Assembly (NCBI GenBank): GCA_963675245.1
Contig: OY775910.1
Location: forward strand, 1,216,001-1,280,000
DNA from: Acholeplasmataceae bacterium
Lineage (GTDB): Bacteria > Bacillota_I > Bacilli_A > Acholeplasmatales > Acholeplasmataceae
Direction: 5' to 3'
Length of the DNA: 64,000 bases
Position numbers and translations under genes: made by a program. Below, one piece after another: positions 63,114 through 64,000 of this stretch (position 1 is its first letter; each line of letters starts with the position of its first letter). The notes beneath the pieces are model-generated. The model saw nothing but the letters and a program-made list of their open reading frames with translations, ran no database searches and was not told the origin of the DNA.

Positions 63114-63944
63114 ATGCTTTTGACAGGAACAATAAATCGGCTAGTCGTAGACCGTAAAACCGATATTGGCTACATGTTAACACACAACGATGATTCGGTT
63201 TTTCTTCATTTTAATGAGTCTCTAAAAAAAGAACTTACTAGCGGCGATATTGTCGATGCCTTTATCTATATTGATGGTAAAGGTCGCCAAGCAGCTACGC
63301 TTAAATTACCAAAAATCACAATTAAAGAACCTGCTTGTTTAACTGTTAGCAGTGTTTTACCTCAATTAGGTGTTTTTATTGATATTGGTATATCAAAAGA
63401 TATTTTGCTTTCTATTGATGATTTACCTGAGGATACGCAGCTATGGCCTATCGCTGGTGATTCGTTATGGGTATCTTTGAAAGTTAAAGGTAAAATGGTT
63501 GCTAAACTAGTCACGAAAAACGATATTGATTCAACTGAATCTTTGGTATTGAAACAACATGTCAATGCGATTATTCAAAAAATTGGACCAGAAGGATTGA
63601 ACGCATTAACAGATCAAGGTGTATGGATATTTATACATAAATCGATGTTTAAAGGACATTATCGATTAGGACAACTGGTGGATGTGGTTGTTACATTCCA
63701 ATCTGATCGTGGTTATTCAGGATCATTGTTGCAACAAAAAGAAGAGGTCATGGATGAAGATGCCATGATGATCTTAAAAGTTTTAGAAAAAACTGGAGAG
63801 ATTCCACTAGATAGTGATTCCTCTCCAGAAGATATATATGCAAGATTTGGTTTATCTAAAAAGGCGTTTAAACGTGCCATAGGTAGACTATATAAAGAAC
63901 GGAAAGTTGAGTTTGTTGAAGGTAAAACTATTTACAGGGGGTAA
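63114..63944 (+). CDS. cvfB: CvfB/YitL S1 RNA-binding protein
   Basis: S1 repeats; C-terminal D.SSPEDI...FGLSKKAFKRAIGRLYK winged helix. Confidence 0.85.
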   Translation: MLLTGTINRLVVDRKTDIGYMLTHNDDSVFLHFNESLKKELTSGDIVDAFIYIDGKGRQAATLKLPKITIKEPACLTVSSVLPQLGVFIDIGISKDILLSIDDLPEDTQLWPIAGDSLWVSLKVKGKMVAKLVTKNDIDSTESLVLKQHVNAIIQKIGPEGLNALTDQGVWIFIHKSMFKGHYRLGQLVDVVVTFQSDRGYSGSLLQQKEEVMDEDAMMILKVLEKTGEIPLDSDSSPEDIYARFGLSKKAFKRAIGRLYKERKVEFVEGKTIYRG

Positions 63945-63946
63945 AT

Positions 63947-64000
63947 ATGAACGACTCAAAGCAAGAGAAGAACTATTCAGATCTAGAAAACTATTTGAAA
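63947..64000 (+). CDS. Start of an unidentified CDS (truncated by window end)
   Basis: AGGGGG RBS then ATG 63947, open to window end. Confidence 0.4.
   Translation, partial: MNDSKQEKNYSDLENYLK

Noticed and set aside
531..63565. Numerous 60-125 aa ORFs antisense to or nested in long genes
   Set aside because: Shadow ORFs without RBS or recognisable motifs

Overview
AT-rich bacterial chromosome segment using standard code 11 (TGA is a stop). Gene content suggests a Bacillota-derived, Acholeplasmatales/Izemoplasmatales-like organism; this taxonomy is inference only. Core content: an alpha-glucan/glycogen cluster (glgP end, GH13 amylase, pullulanase, glgB, LacI, neopullulanase, oligo-1,6-glucosidase, malQ), acpP, galTK, leuS, ytqA/ytqB-like tRNA modification pair, polC, T-box-pheST, rlmN-rsgA-rpe-thiN-rpmB-fakA, ldh, four tRNAs (Leu-GAG, Leu-CAG, Gly-GCC, Thr-GGT), a heterodimeric ABC exporter, csp, ohr and cvfB. 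There are two intact IS elements (IS30 and ISL3 families). Three observations stand out. (1) An ECF sigma / anti-sigma / free lipoprotein module whose lipoprotein carries an RsgI/SEAL-like DINPS motif; the sigma and lipoprotein genes share a duplicated promoter motif, and a hairpin occludes the lipoprotein RBS. (2) An integrase-less cargo region after tRNA-Leu(GAG) whose gene modules are delimited by short motifs repeated at exact 20-21 bp periods (ACACGATT, GGGTGCG). (3) Atypical G34 tRNAs. All family assignments are from motif recognition, not database searches.
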